A stretch of DNA of 63,928 nt, filler included, from Reticulomyxa filosa (lineage: Eukaryota; Protista; Foraminifera), in assembly GCA_000512085.1 (NCBI GenBank). It is 18 parts of 18 records of this genome, joined end to end, with 100 filler letters (N's around TTAATTAATTAA, not from the genome) between each part and the next. Parts side by side here need not be neighbours in the genome. Positions count along the whole stretch, not along the records: positions 1 to 9,177 come from ASPP01007271.1; positions 9,278 to 11,332 come from ASPP01021394.1; 16 more parts are not named here. One strand, 5' to 3'. A program made the translations under genes and the position numbers. This document shows, one piece after another, positions 1 to 9,839 of this stretch; within the stretch, counting starts at the first letter, position 1, and each line of letters starts with the position of its first letter. The notes below the pieces were generated by a model. That model searched no databases and had not been told where the DNA came from. It saw only the letters and a list, made by a program, of their open reading frames with translations.

Positions 1-299
1 GGCATTTTAGGTGTCAACTTTCTTTTTTATCTTACTGTAGTTTGTAAAAGGGAAATTGTATGATCCTATGCAATGCAACTTATTTTTGAAATTGTTTGGA
101 TTTCATGTATATTTTATTAGTGATATCCCGTCAATTGAAACATCATTCACTATTAAGATTTCCAACTACTCTTGATATTTAATAAAACCAGGAAGTAAAT
201 GATAAGAAGATAATTTGCGTTTTAAGTCAAGCATATTACAATAACATCCTTTTTGTAAATTTTACCAGAAACGTTGTATTTTGTCTGCATTTGTTATGG

Positions 300-704
300 A
301 CTTCTCTTAAAACCGTAACCAATTTTCTGAGGGATCTTTGTGTCTTCTGCAGTCGATATTGATTTCATATCTCACTGTTTTAACACTGCATTCGGCTACG
401 ATTTCCTTTAGTTCTCTATGTGCCTTCTCTTTTTTCCCGAAAAACAATCAAAAAATGCCACCAATCAAAACCCCAACTACGGCACACCAAGAACAGCCCC
501 AAAAAATCCTTCAGCGCATCCTTGAACAACACCTCCAGCAATGGCTCCAGTTATAGCTTTATTTCCGGTTTTTTCCCAATTCATTGATCTCACTTTCGAC
601 GTGATTTCGAACTTAAATCTTGTTGCAGTTTTGGTATCAGCGATAGTGTCAATAAAGTCTTCAACGGCTTTAAACTCTTCAAGACTTTCGATCCTTGTTT
701 TCAA
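300..704 (-). pseudogene. Decayed ORF with glycine-rich hydrophobic (Gly-zipper-like) segment
   Basis: ORF 477..704 contains AITGAIAGGVVQGCAEGFFGAVLGVP; the downstream continuation is broken by stops. Confidence 0.3.
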
Positions 705-999
705 ATAGAACTATTTTGAAAACATGGAAAAATCACATAAAATTTTTGTCGATATACGAGCAATTAAAAGGTTTGCGCACTTCCAAGTTGAATGAGTTAA
801 TGTAAATGAAGCATACAACAAATATGTAAGATAAAATTTGTAAAATGATAGATCGAAAGAAGAAAATGAATTAAAAATAAAAAGAGAAATGTGTTTGCAT
901 ATTTTGTGGAATATTTTGAAGTATCCTAACATATCAAATATCATCAAATTAGTAAACAAGCATTATACAATTATTTATTTGAGAAATACCATTCATTAG

Positions 1000-2275
1000 G
1001 TGCAGATTTAAAGCAAGTATTTATAACCATTGAAGAAGAGTTCAATATATTGGATTTAAAAAAGGAAATGGCGATAATTGGTCATCATATTCAATTATTA
1101 CATCTGTGGAAATGTTATCAAGCATGGATCAATGAACAAATCATATATATGTCTATTTTGTTAATAAAACAAATGATATAAATATAAAATGATACAACCA
1201 ATCATTAGAAATAGATATAAAACAAGATATGGTATTCAAAGAAGAGTGCGCATGTTATCGAATGGAAAATGGAAAGCTTGTGAAAGTGCATTTGATTATG
1301 AACATCGAACAATAATGTTATTTAATGAAAAAAAATTAAAAATTAAATCATTACAAGTTGGAAATCCAATGTACATATTCAATTCTATAATGATTTTGAC
1401 AATGTACATGACCATATACCAAATGGACTTGTATTGTGGTAAATTATGTAATGTTCAATTCAGTTATGATCAAATCAAATTTAGACATAATTTATGGTCT
1501 AATTTGGATATACTCTTGCAAAGACTATATACATTCTGAATAAACGTGAAAGAGTAGAAGAAAGTGAAACGAAATTATATTGTGGATTAAAAGGAGTGAG
1601 ATTGGAGAATATTAAAGAAATCAAATAAGGATTTTTCATAAGTTATGTAAGTACTTCTGATGATATAGAAGTCGCAAAAGTATACAGAAGTAATCAAGGA
1701 TGTATTTTGCATTTTTATCCTCTATGAGAAGATCATATAACATTATAGTTGTAATGTATCGCAGATATCTCCATTCAAACATGAACGTGAAATTTCGTTT
1801 GCAAGATCTTTTGTCAGTGGCTATGATAAAGAGACAACATATAAAGGACAAATTGTATGGAGCGCAAAAATAGAGAGTGAAGACGAATATACACAAATGA
1901 TATTATTGACATGGACAAGATATGATCAGTATATCGAACAAATTATGAAAATAAGTGCAATATTGAATCATGCAATTGCTCCTAACATTATCTATGCAGC
2001 TTTACTTGAAGGAAAGATAACTCTGAACAAGCTATACATATCTCTCTTTGAATTATAGAAAATACAATCAAACAATAAAAAAAATATGAAGAAAAAAAAA
2101 AGAATTTATTGAAAGACGTTGTTGCAATTGCAATATCAATTTATTTTTAATGTTTCTGCAGAAATAGCACCTCAAGTATATACTAGCATTGAAATTGAGG
2201 CAATATATGCTATCCATAATGGCTTACCATTTATTGAAAAAGATAAGAAAAAATGGAAAATAACAAAAAAATAAT
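1000..2275 (+). pseudogene. ADP-ribosyltransferase-like (ARTC/R-S-E type) pseudogene
   Basis: Across stops and frameshifts it reads KLYCGLKGVRLENIKEIK*GFFISYVSTSDDIEVAK...GCILHF...ISPFKHEREISFARSF, giving LYxG (1575), STS (1650) and ExE (1783-1791) motifs in ART order. Confidence 0.7.
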
Positions 2276-2539
2276 GCAATTTGCAAATTTTCTTATTCAA
2301 CATGTTTTTTTTAATATATGAAAATATAACAAACAGCTGTTAAAATTATAACATCCAAGACTGTCAATCGATAAAAGTAAATAGTTTTCAATGCTACTTT
2401 AAAAAAAATTTAATATTTGAATTTAACAGTTCCAAAAATTATAGCAAACTCACAAAAGAACTCCATTTGCATGTATTTATTTCCAGATATGAACTAAATC
2501 TTTCTCTAAATTATAACATAAGTTAGCAACACAATCATC

Positions 2540-2730
2540 TGATTCCTGTTTATTATCCTTTGGTTACTTTTTCCATGACATAAATATAAAACAATGTATT
2601 CCACTATTTTCGCTTTCGTCCACTAATTAAATGTAACTCATTCTTATTTGATCAAGTATCCCAAAAAACAATTGCGTCATTCTTTGATCCAAAGCATATC
2701 ACAATTAAACTACCACCCACATTGTTTAAA
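2540..2730 (-). pseudogene. WD40-family C-terminal remnant
   Basis: Reads ICFGSKNDAIVFWDT*SNKNELHLI, matching the end of the other WD40 copies in this window. Confidence 0.5.
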
Positions 2731-3252
2731 CAACAATACTAAATACAATAGCACACAAAATATCATTATGCTAATTAAAATTAACTCCATTGAAAACTAA
2801 AAAAAATTTTAAAAATTCCTATGGATATATCTGCTAAAAAATTATGTGACATTTTTTTGTGAAACAGTGGACCTTTTAATTTAAGTTTTCGCGCTATATG
2901 AAACTTTATTTATGCAGAATACAAATTCCAAAAGGGCGCTTTCAAATTATTTTGTATCGAATCAAACGAGAATGCGATCGTTTTCCCTGCATTTTATTAG
3001 AATTTTCCTGCAGAAAAAGTATTTGAATTTGAATTTGAAAAGTTTTTGATTAAATAAAAAACGGAAAAAGTTTGGAGAAAAATTTGCCCTGTTGTTAGTG
3101 TTGTATCCTCACACCAACATTCATGGCCCTCATCCTTCACTGTTTACACTTTATTCACAAAAATTACTTTATATTTGCTGCTTTGTATTCAAAAATAAGA
3201 AAAGAAAAAAAAATTTTGATGTCAGGTATTTGACGTTTGACAGAGTTCCATG

Positions 3253-6200
3253 TTATATCATTGCATTTTCTTTAAATGCTTCTTTGCAGAACTTTGCTAA
3301 TCCGTTAATACTAAATATTCCATTTAGTATTATCTTTTCTTGATCTTTCTTTTGTTCCTCTCGTATCTTATTTCTCACACTCAAATGTACTTCACAATCG
3401 TATAATACATGTTGAATTGGATTTTCCCATTCTTTTTTGCACCAGATACATGATTTCCATTTTCTAATTGTTATCCCATTTTCTTTGCCATTTTTCCAAC
3501 TGAATTTTGGATTCCCTGATAGAACTTTTATTATTTTATTGAGCACTTCATCATCAACATCTTTTATCCTTTTTTTTATCTCATTTATTAAAGGTATTCC
3601 CGGTTCCATGTCCGAATTACATTCCTTTAATACTTGTAATAGTGGTTGGTTGTCAATCTTGTTCTCAAGTTCCCTTATGTCGTTCTCATAGTCTTTTCTA
3701 TAAATCTTTTTCTTTATCATAACCTTCCATTCTTTTTCTGTTAAATAGGTTGGAGGAAAGTACCAATAATTCAGCAGATCGATGTCTACCAATATTTTGA
3801 AAGCTTCCATATTGACTGCAGGAGGTACTTTTTTTCCTTCCTTTATATTTTTTGCATATCTATGAATCTTTGTTAATACATATTGATATTCTTCTTTCAT
3901 TATTCTACTTACTAATTTGTCCCCCTTATAAATATTAAACCAATTTGTTATGAATAGGTACCGATTCCTCGCTTGGATAGATGGGATCCCGGACAGTATA
4001 CGTATTGCTGGACTATATGTTGTCCTATACACTTTAAACATTATTGTCAATGCCCGTTGCTGCATTGTATTTAATTTTCTTAAATGTGAGTTCCCTAGTA
4101 GCATTATTCTAAGCCCAAATTCAATTACGGGTCTTATGATTGATCTGTAATATTTTATTTGTGTACTATGGTCCAGTCCACCACCTAGGACACCAATTAG
4201 ATGACTTTGTGAAATGGCCGTATTTGCCTTTTCAACTCGGTCATCTACATGTTTTTTCCACGACAATGTAATGGAATCAAATATAATTCCCAAGTATTTG
4301 ATAGTATTATTTGTATTTTGTATTTGTAAAGGATTATCTCTTATCGATGTTTCATTGATTATTTTTTTCTTATTCGATGCTATTACACTTTTATCCTTAT
4401 TTATTTGCAGTTTCCATTTGTTGCAGTATTTGTGTATTGTTTGTAATATGGTATTGTTATCCTTAGGCGATCCAGTTATTATTATAATGTCATCCGCGTA
4501 TAGTAAACATGGTGGTATGTTTGTGTTGTACATCTTTTGTATTATGTTTTCTTTTTTAATTTCTTTTATGATATCGTTTATGTATAGGTTAAAGAGTGGT
4601 CCACTTAGCGAATATCCCTGTCCAGTACCAGAGTCAATTTTGAATGGATGGAATGAACAGTCGTCGTACGTTACCATTAGATGGCCTTGGGTTAGCATGG
4701 AATGTATTATACGTAGCAGTCTACCTCTTACTCCAATTTTTATTAATTTATATAAAATTCCATCGTGCCATACCGAATCAAATGCTTTATGGATATCCAA
4801 CAATGTTAGGTAATAATGTTTTTTCTCTATGTATTTTCTATTGTATAGAATCGTTCGTAATATTATAATATTGTCTTCAATTCCTCTTTTTTTCATGAAT
4901 CCATTTTGTTCCTTGTGTATGTTGTTATCTAGGAGTGGAAACAATCTGCGGAGAACCAATCTGTCTATTACTGACAATAACGACGATTTTATACGTATAC
5001 CACGTATATCCTCACATTTATATACTATAGTTTTTTTTGGTATACTTACCATTTTTGTTATTAATAGTTTGTGAGGTAGGTTTTCATCATTACATATTGT
5101 ATTTATAATATTTGTGAATTGCTTTGGTATTTGTTTGACTAATAGTGCGATCAGTTCATTTGGGATTCCATCTAGGAATGTTGCTTTGTTCCTGTCCAAC
5201 ATTTTTCCAACTTCGGTAATTTCTTCTTCCTCAAATTGTCTATCTAATTGTTGATCAAATGATAAATGCATTTTATGTAAGTATTCTTCTACTTTCTCTT
5301 TGACTTTGTTCTCCCATTTAATGTTCTTATGTGGTGTATGTTTGAATAGATTTTGGTAGTATTCTCCAAGTAATGTGCATTTTTCCCTATTTCGATGTAC
5401 AGCTTTGCCTGAATGATCATGTATTACTAGTTGTTTATTTATTTGCAATTTTCTGATTATATCATAAAAGTTTTTTTCATTTCCATTATTTATATTCTTT
5501 TGTAACTTATATATTAGTTTGTTTAGTTCTTGTTTTTGTATTTTATCTTTTTGTTTTTCATATATATTTATATTATGTTTCAATAGATATGTCGATGCAT
5601 TGTATTTGATACAGATATTTATAATATTTATGGTATTACGTATATCTACATGTATTGGTTCAATTTTGTTCATCTCATTTGTATATAATATTTTTATAGC
5701 ATTTGTTCTACATAATACATCATATATGTTCCACATTAATTCATTGTATGTTTGATTTGAATTATAGTGTTTTGTTGCAATATCCATTACTAATCTATCT
5801 AATCTCCATCTGATCAGTGGTATTGTTTTGTGTAACTTTGTCATATCTCTTGATATAATTATTTTTGGTAATGGTATCTCATTCTCTTCTTCAATACTAT
5901 TTTGTTGTATGTCAAATTTCACTTTAATAGGAAAATGGTCCGATCCTGTAAACACTTTTAGGATATCTATTTGTGGATTTGCATCTTGCCATCTATTATT
6001 TGTATTGATTATTACATAGTCGATAATTGAGAAAGTCTCCTGTTCTGTTTTGTTATTATGGTATGTTCTTTGCTTATACGCTTGTTGAATATTTAAGATT
6101 TGTAAATGATGTATGTCGCATAATCTTTTTAATAGATATCCATTCTGATTTGTTTTCCTGTCTCCAGTATCCAGCATTCTTGCATTGAAATCACCCATTA

Positions 6201-6750
6201 TTATTATTAAATATTTTAATATATTGAATAGATTGATCAATTTTTCAAGATTTGTAATTGTTTCTGTTATTATTTCTTCATTTGATTCTTCATCGTTTGG
6301 TGGAACATAGATAAATATTATTATTAATTGGTATTTGTGTATTATGAGTGTCATTATATTGTTATTAGAAAATTGGTTATGATTTGTTATATTTGTCCAG
6401 TTTTGTTTTGTTATAATGCACATCCCATTACTTGGTCTCCCTCTATTATCTGTTGTATTTCTTTTATATGGTTTTTGATATGTTATTACACCATTTAATA
6501 TTATGTTTGATAGATTTAAATTATTTTGGTGCGTTTCACAGAATCCAAAAAAATCCGGTTCTTCGTCATGATATACCTTTTTGAGTGCCGAGTTTTTTGT
6601 TAATTTTAAATTTAAATTTCCTTTTATATTTAGAAATAATATTTTACATTTTATTTTATTTATATTTGTACTATTATTATTATTATTATTATTTACACTA
6701 TTTGTATTGTTTTTGTTTAAATAGATCTTATCCGGTCCGATTATATGCAT
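3253..6750 (-). CDS. LINE ORF2: AP endonuclease + reverse transcriptase + C-terminal CCHC zinc knuckle (1165 aa)
   Basis: APE motifs LNIKG, FCETH, IYVPP, MGDFNAR, IIDY, GSDHFPI; RT motifs DGIP, IPKK, QNGF, LDIHKAFDSV, QG..LS..LFNLYI, LYADD, KYLG; CIWC...HVLYDC. Confidence 0.97.
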   Translation of the reverse strand: MHIIGPDKIYLNKNNTNSVNNNNNNNSTNINKIKCKILFLNIKGNLNLKLTKNSALKKVYHDEEPDFFGFCETHQNNLNLSNIILNGVITYQKPYKRNTTDNRGRPSNGMCIITKQNWTNITNHNQFSNNNIMTLIIHKYQLIIIFIYVPPNDEESNEEIITETITNLEKLINLFNILKYLIIIMGDFNARMLDTGDRKTNQNGYLLKRLCDIHHLQILNIQQAYKQRTYHNNKTEQETFSIIDYVIINTNNRWQDANPQIDILKVFTGSDHFPIKVKFDIQQNSIEEENEIPLPKIIISRDMTKLHKTIPLIRWRLDRLVMDIATKHYNSNQTYNELMWNIYDVLCRTNAIKILYTNEMNKIEPIHVDIRNTINIINICIKYNASTYLLKHNINIYEKQKDKIQKQELNKLIYKLQKNINNGNEKNFYDIIRKLQINKQLVIHDHSGKAVHRNREKCTLLGEYYQNLFKHTPHKNIKWENKVKEKVEEYLHKMHLSFDQQLDRQFEEEEITEVGKMLDRNKATFLDGIPNELIALLVKQIPKQFTNIINTICNDENLPHKLLITKMVSIPKKTIVYKCEDIRGIRIKSSLLSVIDRLVLRRLFPLLDNNIHKEQNGFMKKRGIEDNIIILRTILYNRKYIEKKHYYLTLLDIHKAFDSVWHDGILYKLIKIGVRGRLLRIIHSMLTQGHLMVTYDDCSFHPFKIDSGTGQGYSLSGPLFNLYINDIIKEIKKENIIQKMYNTNIPPCLLYADDIIIITGSPKDNNTILQTIHKYCNKWKLQINKDKSVIASNKKKIINETSIRDNPLQIQNTNNTIKYLGIIFDSITLSWKKHVDDRVEKANTAISQSHLIGVLGGGLDHSTQIKYYRSIIRPVIEFGLRIMLLGNSHLRKLNTMQQRALTIMFKVYRTTYSPAIRILSGIPSIQARNRYLFITNWFNIYKGDKLVSRIMKEEYQYVLTKIHRYAKNIKEGKKVPPAVNMEAFKILVDIDLLNYWYFPPTYLTEKEWKVMIKKKIYRKDYENDIRELENKIDNQPLLQVLKECNSDMEPGIPLINEIKKRIKDVDDEVLNKIIKVLSGNPKFSWKNGKENGITIRKWKSCIWCKKEWENPIQHVLYDCEVHLSVRNKIREEQKKDQEKIILNGIFSINGLAKFCKEAFKENAMI

Positions 6751-6879
6751 TGGTTGAATGAATTGATTGTATTGATTAAATTTATCGATATTATTTTTAA
6801 TATTATTATTAATATTATTATTAATATTGGTATTATTTATATTATTTGTTTTTTCTTTTGGAGCTCCGTCTGACCGTCT

Positions 6880-8643
6880 TCAATATTGCCTGTCCCTCAT
6901 TATAGTATCTTGGTTATCATTATTATTACTATTTGTATTAATAAATGGTCTTGGTTGTATGTTATTGTTTACGTTATTACTATTATTATTAATATTATTG
7001 TTATTAACATTATTATTATGTAGTAAATTTGGTCTATGATTATAATTCGACATGTTGTTTATTCCTTGATCCACATTATACTTTGGAATATTGTTGTATG
7101 GATTTAATCGTGGAATGTTGTCTGGTATTTGGTTTGGTATCCTGTTTTGTCTAAGAATTGGAATAGTATTTGTCGTTACGTTTTGGTCATTGTAATGATT
7201 ATATTCATGTCGATGTCTTGTGTATTGGTATCCGTTGAGATTTCCAAATTGTTTATTGAATATGTTTCTTTGAAAGCCATTATTGTAGTATTGATTCTTT
7301 TGATAGTTATTCCTTTGAAAGTTGTTCCTTTGATAATTATTCCTTTGAAAGTTGTTCCTTTGATAGTTATTCCTTTGATAGTTATTCCTTTGATAATTAT
7401 TCCTTTGATAGTTGTTCCTTTGGTATATATTTCTTTGATATCTATTATTCATGTTATAATGTTGTTGTTGTTGATATATATTATTTCTTTGACGTATAGA
7501 TTGTTGTTGCTTCCAATTATTGTTATATCCATTATATCGCTTATTCAAATTATTTCCTTGATTACCATTTATGCGATTATTCCATTTTGGTATAAAGAAA
7601 TTATTTCTTATTTGGTTTCCATTTCCATTTTTTATAGTATCTTTTTTATATATTTCTGCCCATGTTATACCTTTTATTGCCTTTTCATTAATTTTATTTA
7701 ATATTATTGAAATAAAATTGCTTGCCTTTTCTTCATTTGTTACTTCTATAGAAATGAATCTTCTAGTCCCATTTGCGTATACGTGGAATTGTATTTTTCC
7801 TGTTTCATTTATTGGTATACCCCAAGACGAAAAGCATTCCTTTAAATCTTTGAAATCTATATATGAATTAAAGGCCCATCCAAATAAAGCAATCTTCGTT
7901 TCCATTTTGCTGTTTTGATTATTACTATTAGGTATTTTTTTGTCACTATCCTTATTATTATTATTATCATTAATATTAATATTAGCACTACTATTATTAT
8001 TATTATTATTTTTATCTGCTTTATGTTCTTTGTATACGTGTTCGCTTTTTCGAGCATTTTGATTTTTTTGCACTTCTTTGGATAGGTATTCGTTTTGTTT
8101 TTGCAAATGTTTATTTTGCTCATCCAACTGGTCAACCCTGTTTTGCAATTCCTGTAATAACTGACGATAACTTGTATCCATCGTACGTAATTGCTCTCGC
8201 AACTGATCGATCATTATTTGTTTATCAATTTGTTCATCTTTATTTTCGTCTTGGTTCAAATCATTTGCGACATAACTGATATTACTATTTTGTGAGAAAT
8301 TTCCACTACTTTGGCAGTTTTCGTTGTCCTTAATTTGTTCATTGCCATTATCTTCCTCATTATTATTTTCCTCATCCAAATTGCTGTTTTCACTATTTTT
8401 AATAATGTTATCATCAGTTGTATCCATTGTTTCAACGACAGTCTTTTCTTCGATTTTTTTGTTATTATCTTTATCCATTACTTTATTTTGTGTTTGTGCA
8501 CTTGTATCTGTATGTATTATTTTTGTTCTTTTGTTTGGGGGCATTGTCCTTTTCTCTTCATGAATAGTCCTTAATGTAGTTATCATTGAGGCTTTTTCAT
8601 TACCTTCCCCCAATTTTCTTTTTTTTTTTTTTATTATTTGCAT
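6880..8643 (-). CDS. LINE ORF1-like protein: coiled coil, RRM-like domain, N/Q/Y/R-rich low-complexity tail
   Basis: Heptad region IDQLREQL...LSKEVQK; RRM-like beta-alpha-beta-beta-alpha-beta pattern (KIALFG / FKDLKECFSSWG / KIQFHV / RFISIEV / EEKASNFISII / WAEIY); lies directly upstream of ORF2. Confidence 0.8.
   Translation of the reverse strand: MQIIKKKKRKLGEGNEKASMITTLRTIHEEKRTMPPNKRTKIIHTDTSAQTQNKVMDKDNNKKIEEKTVVETMDTTDDNIIKNSENSNLDEENNNEEDNGNEQIKDNENCQSSGNFSQNSNISYVANDLNQDENKDEQIDKQIMIDQLREQLRTMDTSYRQLLQELQNRVDQLDEQNKHLQKQNEYLSKEVQKNQNARKSEHVYKEHKADKNNNNNNSSANININDNNNNKDSDKKIPNSNNQNSKMETKIALFGWAFNSYIDFKDLKECFSSWGIPINETGKIQFHVYANGTRRFISIEVTNEEKASNFISIILNKINEKAIKGITWAEIYKKDTIKNGNGNQIRNNFFIPKWNNRINGNQGNNLNKRYNGYNNNWKQQQSIRQRNNIYQQQQHYNMNNRYQRNIYQRNNYQRNNYQRNNYQRNNYQRNNFQRNNYQRNNFQRNNYQKNQYYNNGFQRNIFNKQFGNLNGYQYTRHRHEYNHYNDQNVTTNTIPILRQNRIPNQIPDNIPRLNPYNNIPKYNVDQGINNMSNYNHRPNLLHNNNVNNNNINNNSNNVNNNIQPRPFINTNSNNNDNQDTIMRDRQY
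7300..7440 (-). repeat. 15-bp coding tandem repeat, about 9 copies, encoding (Y/F)QRNN
   Basis: + strand units such as TTGATAGTTATTCCT and TTGAAAGTTGTTCCT in tandem. Confidence 0.95.
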
Positions 8644-9177
8644 TTCGTATTCTTTGACTCGTCCTTATCGTATTGGATTGTGTGTTACTATCTTGTGAAT
8701 TTCCATCTTGCGAATTTTCATCTTGCGAATTTTCGCTTAGACTTTCACTACCACTTCCACTTTCATCTTCTTCATTTTCGTTTTTCTTTCTCCCATCTTT
8801 TGGAATAACATAACCAAAAGTGTTTCCTTTCACCATATCATCCACTTTTATACCAAGTCCTTCCAACATGTCCCATTTGCCATAACGAATATTATTTACA
8901 ATATCATCCCATGGATATTTTGAAAAATCTCTTTTTAAATTGTCTAAACGCTCTTCCGTTAATATCTTTGGCTGAATCCAAATTTTTGTACAATCTCTAC
9001 ATCTGCATGCTTTCTTACGTTCGTTGATAACTGTAAAATCCCACATGTGAGAGGCCAAATTTTTCTTGCTAGAAAGTATCTCTAGGCAGTAAGGACAAGT
9101 GAAAAGTTTGGTATCGTCAATCAGAGTGATCATCTGATTAGGATATCGTTGCTCAACCGGACCAGAATAGCCGGGAG
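8600..9177 (-). CDS. Zinc-finger ORF upstream of ORF1 (probably the ORF1 N-terminus); frame open to the contig end
   Basis: FTCPYC-x12-H...CRCRDC; the 14 codons upstream of ATG 9133 (PGYSGPVEQRYPNQ) have no stop; overlaps ORF1 by 44 nt across an A14 run. Confidence 0.7.
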
Positions 9178-9277
9178 NNNNNNNNNNNNNNNNNNNNNNN
9201 NNNNNNNNNNNNNNNNNNNNNTTAATTAATTAANNNNNNNNNNNNNNNNNNNNNNNNNNNNNNNNNNNNNNNNNNNN
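9178..9277. other. Artificial contig spacer N44-TTAATTAATTAA-N44 (first of 17; others start at 11333, 15886, 24093, 25897, 27442, 35306, 36846, 39449, 41772, 45059, 50761, 53530, 55516, 60452, 61683, 62816)
   Basis: Identical 100-bp blocks with a core giving stops in all six frames; flanking sequences are unrelated and genes are cut at the junctions. Confidence 0.98.
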
Positions 9278-9700
9278 TTAAATATACTAATATTATTAGG
9301 ATAATAAGTAATAAATAATAATAAATCATTTTTATTTCCATTAATTAATAATGCACGCATTCTACAATAATTTTAATTATATTATTTTCATTATTATAAT
9401 TATTTAATTTATTTATTTCATTATTAATGTATGATTAATAATTCCACCAAAAGATAATAAAATTATTTCATTTTCATTATTTATTAATTTTATTACACAA
9501 TGTCCATCTATTATAATATCATCTGGATATGAACAAATCAATTTATATTTATTTTTAATTGTATGATAAGAATAACAACTATTTTCATGAATACTTCCAC
9601 AAAGAAGAAGTTCATGTTTATGTTGAATATATTGAGATTTTGAAAGTGGAGAAGGTAAAGATGTTAAATCTTGAAAAGGTTTTGTATTTTGATTACCCAT
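9278..9700 (-). pseudogene. Kelch-like beta-propeller pseudogene
   Basis: MGNQNTKPFQDLTSLPSPL...HKHELLLCG...CYSYHTIKNKYKLICSYP...GHCVIK...LLSFGG matches the intact kelch genes at 48210 and 57789, then breaks up. Confidence 0.85.
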
Positions 9701-9839
9701 GTTCTTAAAGAATGCTTTATTACTCTTTTAAAAAGAATTATTTTTTAGTAAAATGAAATACTTGTAAATTATTATAAAAACAAAGAATGGGAAATTCTAT
9801 TCATCTTTTAAAAACTTATTTCATTGTTTTTTAAGAAAA

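Larger units (their letters stand above)
3021..9177 (-). mobile_element. Non-LTR retrotransposon (LINE, APE-RT type, no RNase H), 5' end cut by the contig boundary
   Basis: Three consecutive intronless minus-strand ORFs (zinc finger; coiled-coil/RRM-like/N-Q-rich; APE-RT-CCHC), a ~230-nt 3' UTR and a short (TTCAAA)3 tail. The 3' boundary is inferred. Confidence 0.95.

Noticed and set aside
6880-6882. Genome-wide reassignment of TGA to a sense codon
   Set aside because: TGA ends ordinary genes here (63506-63508, 17958-17960) and intact genes use TGG for Trp; other in-frame TGAs lie in frameshifted pseudogenes.
8586-8602. TAATG stop-start overlap at the end of the zinc-finger ORF (termination-reinitiation signal)
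   Set aside because: That ATG opens only MKKPQ*, which is not the ORF1 frame.
9134-9177. GC-rich CCGG...CCGG segment at the element's 5' side as a possible HDV-like ribozyme or promoter
   Set aside because: Only 44 nt are visible, it reads as open coding frame, and no ribozyme topology can be built; target-site duplications also cannot be assessed because the 5' end is missing.
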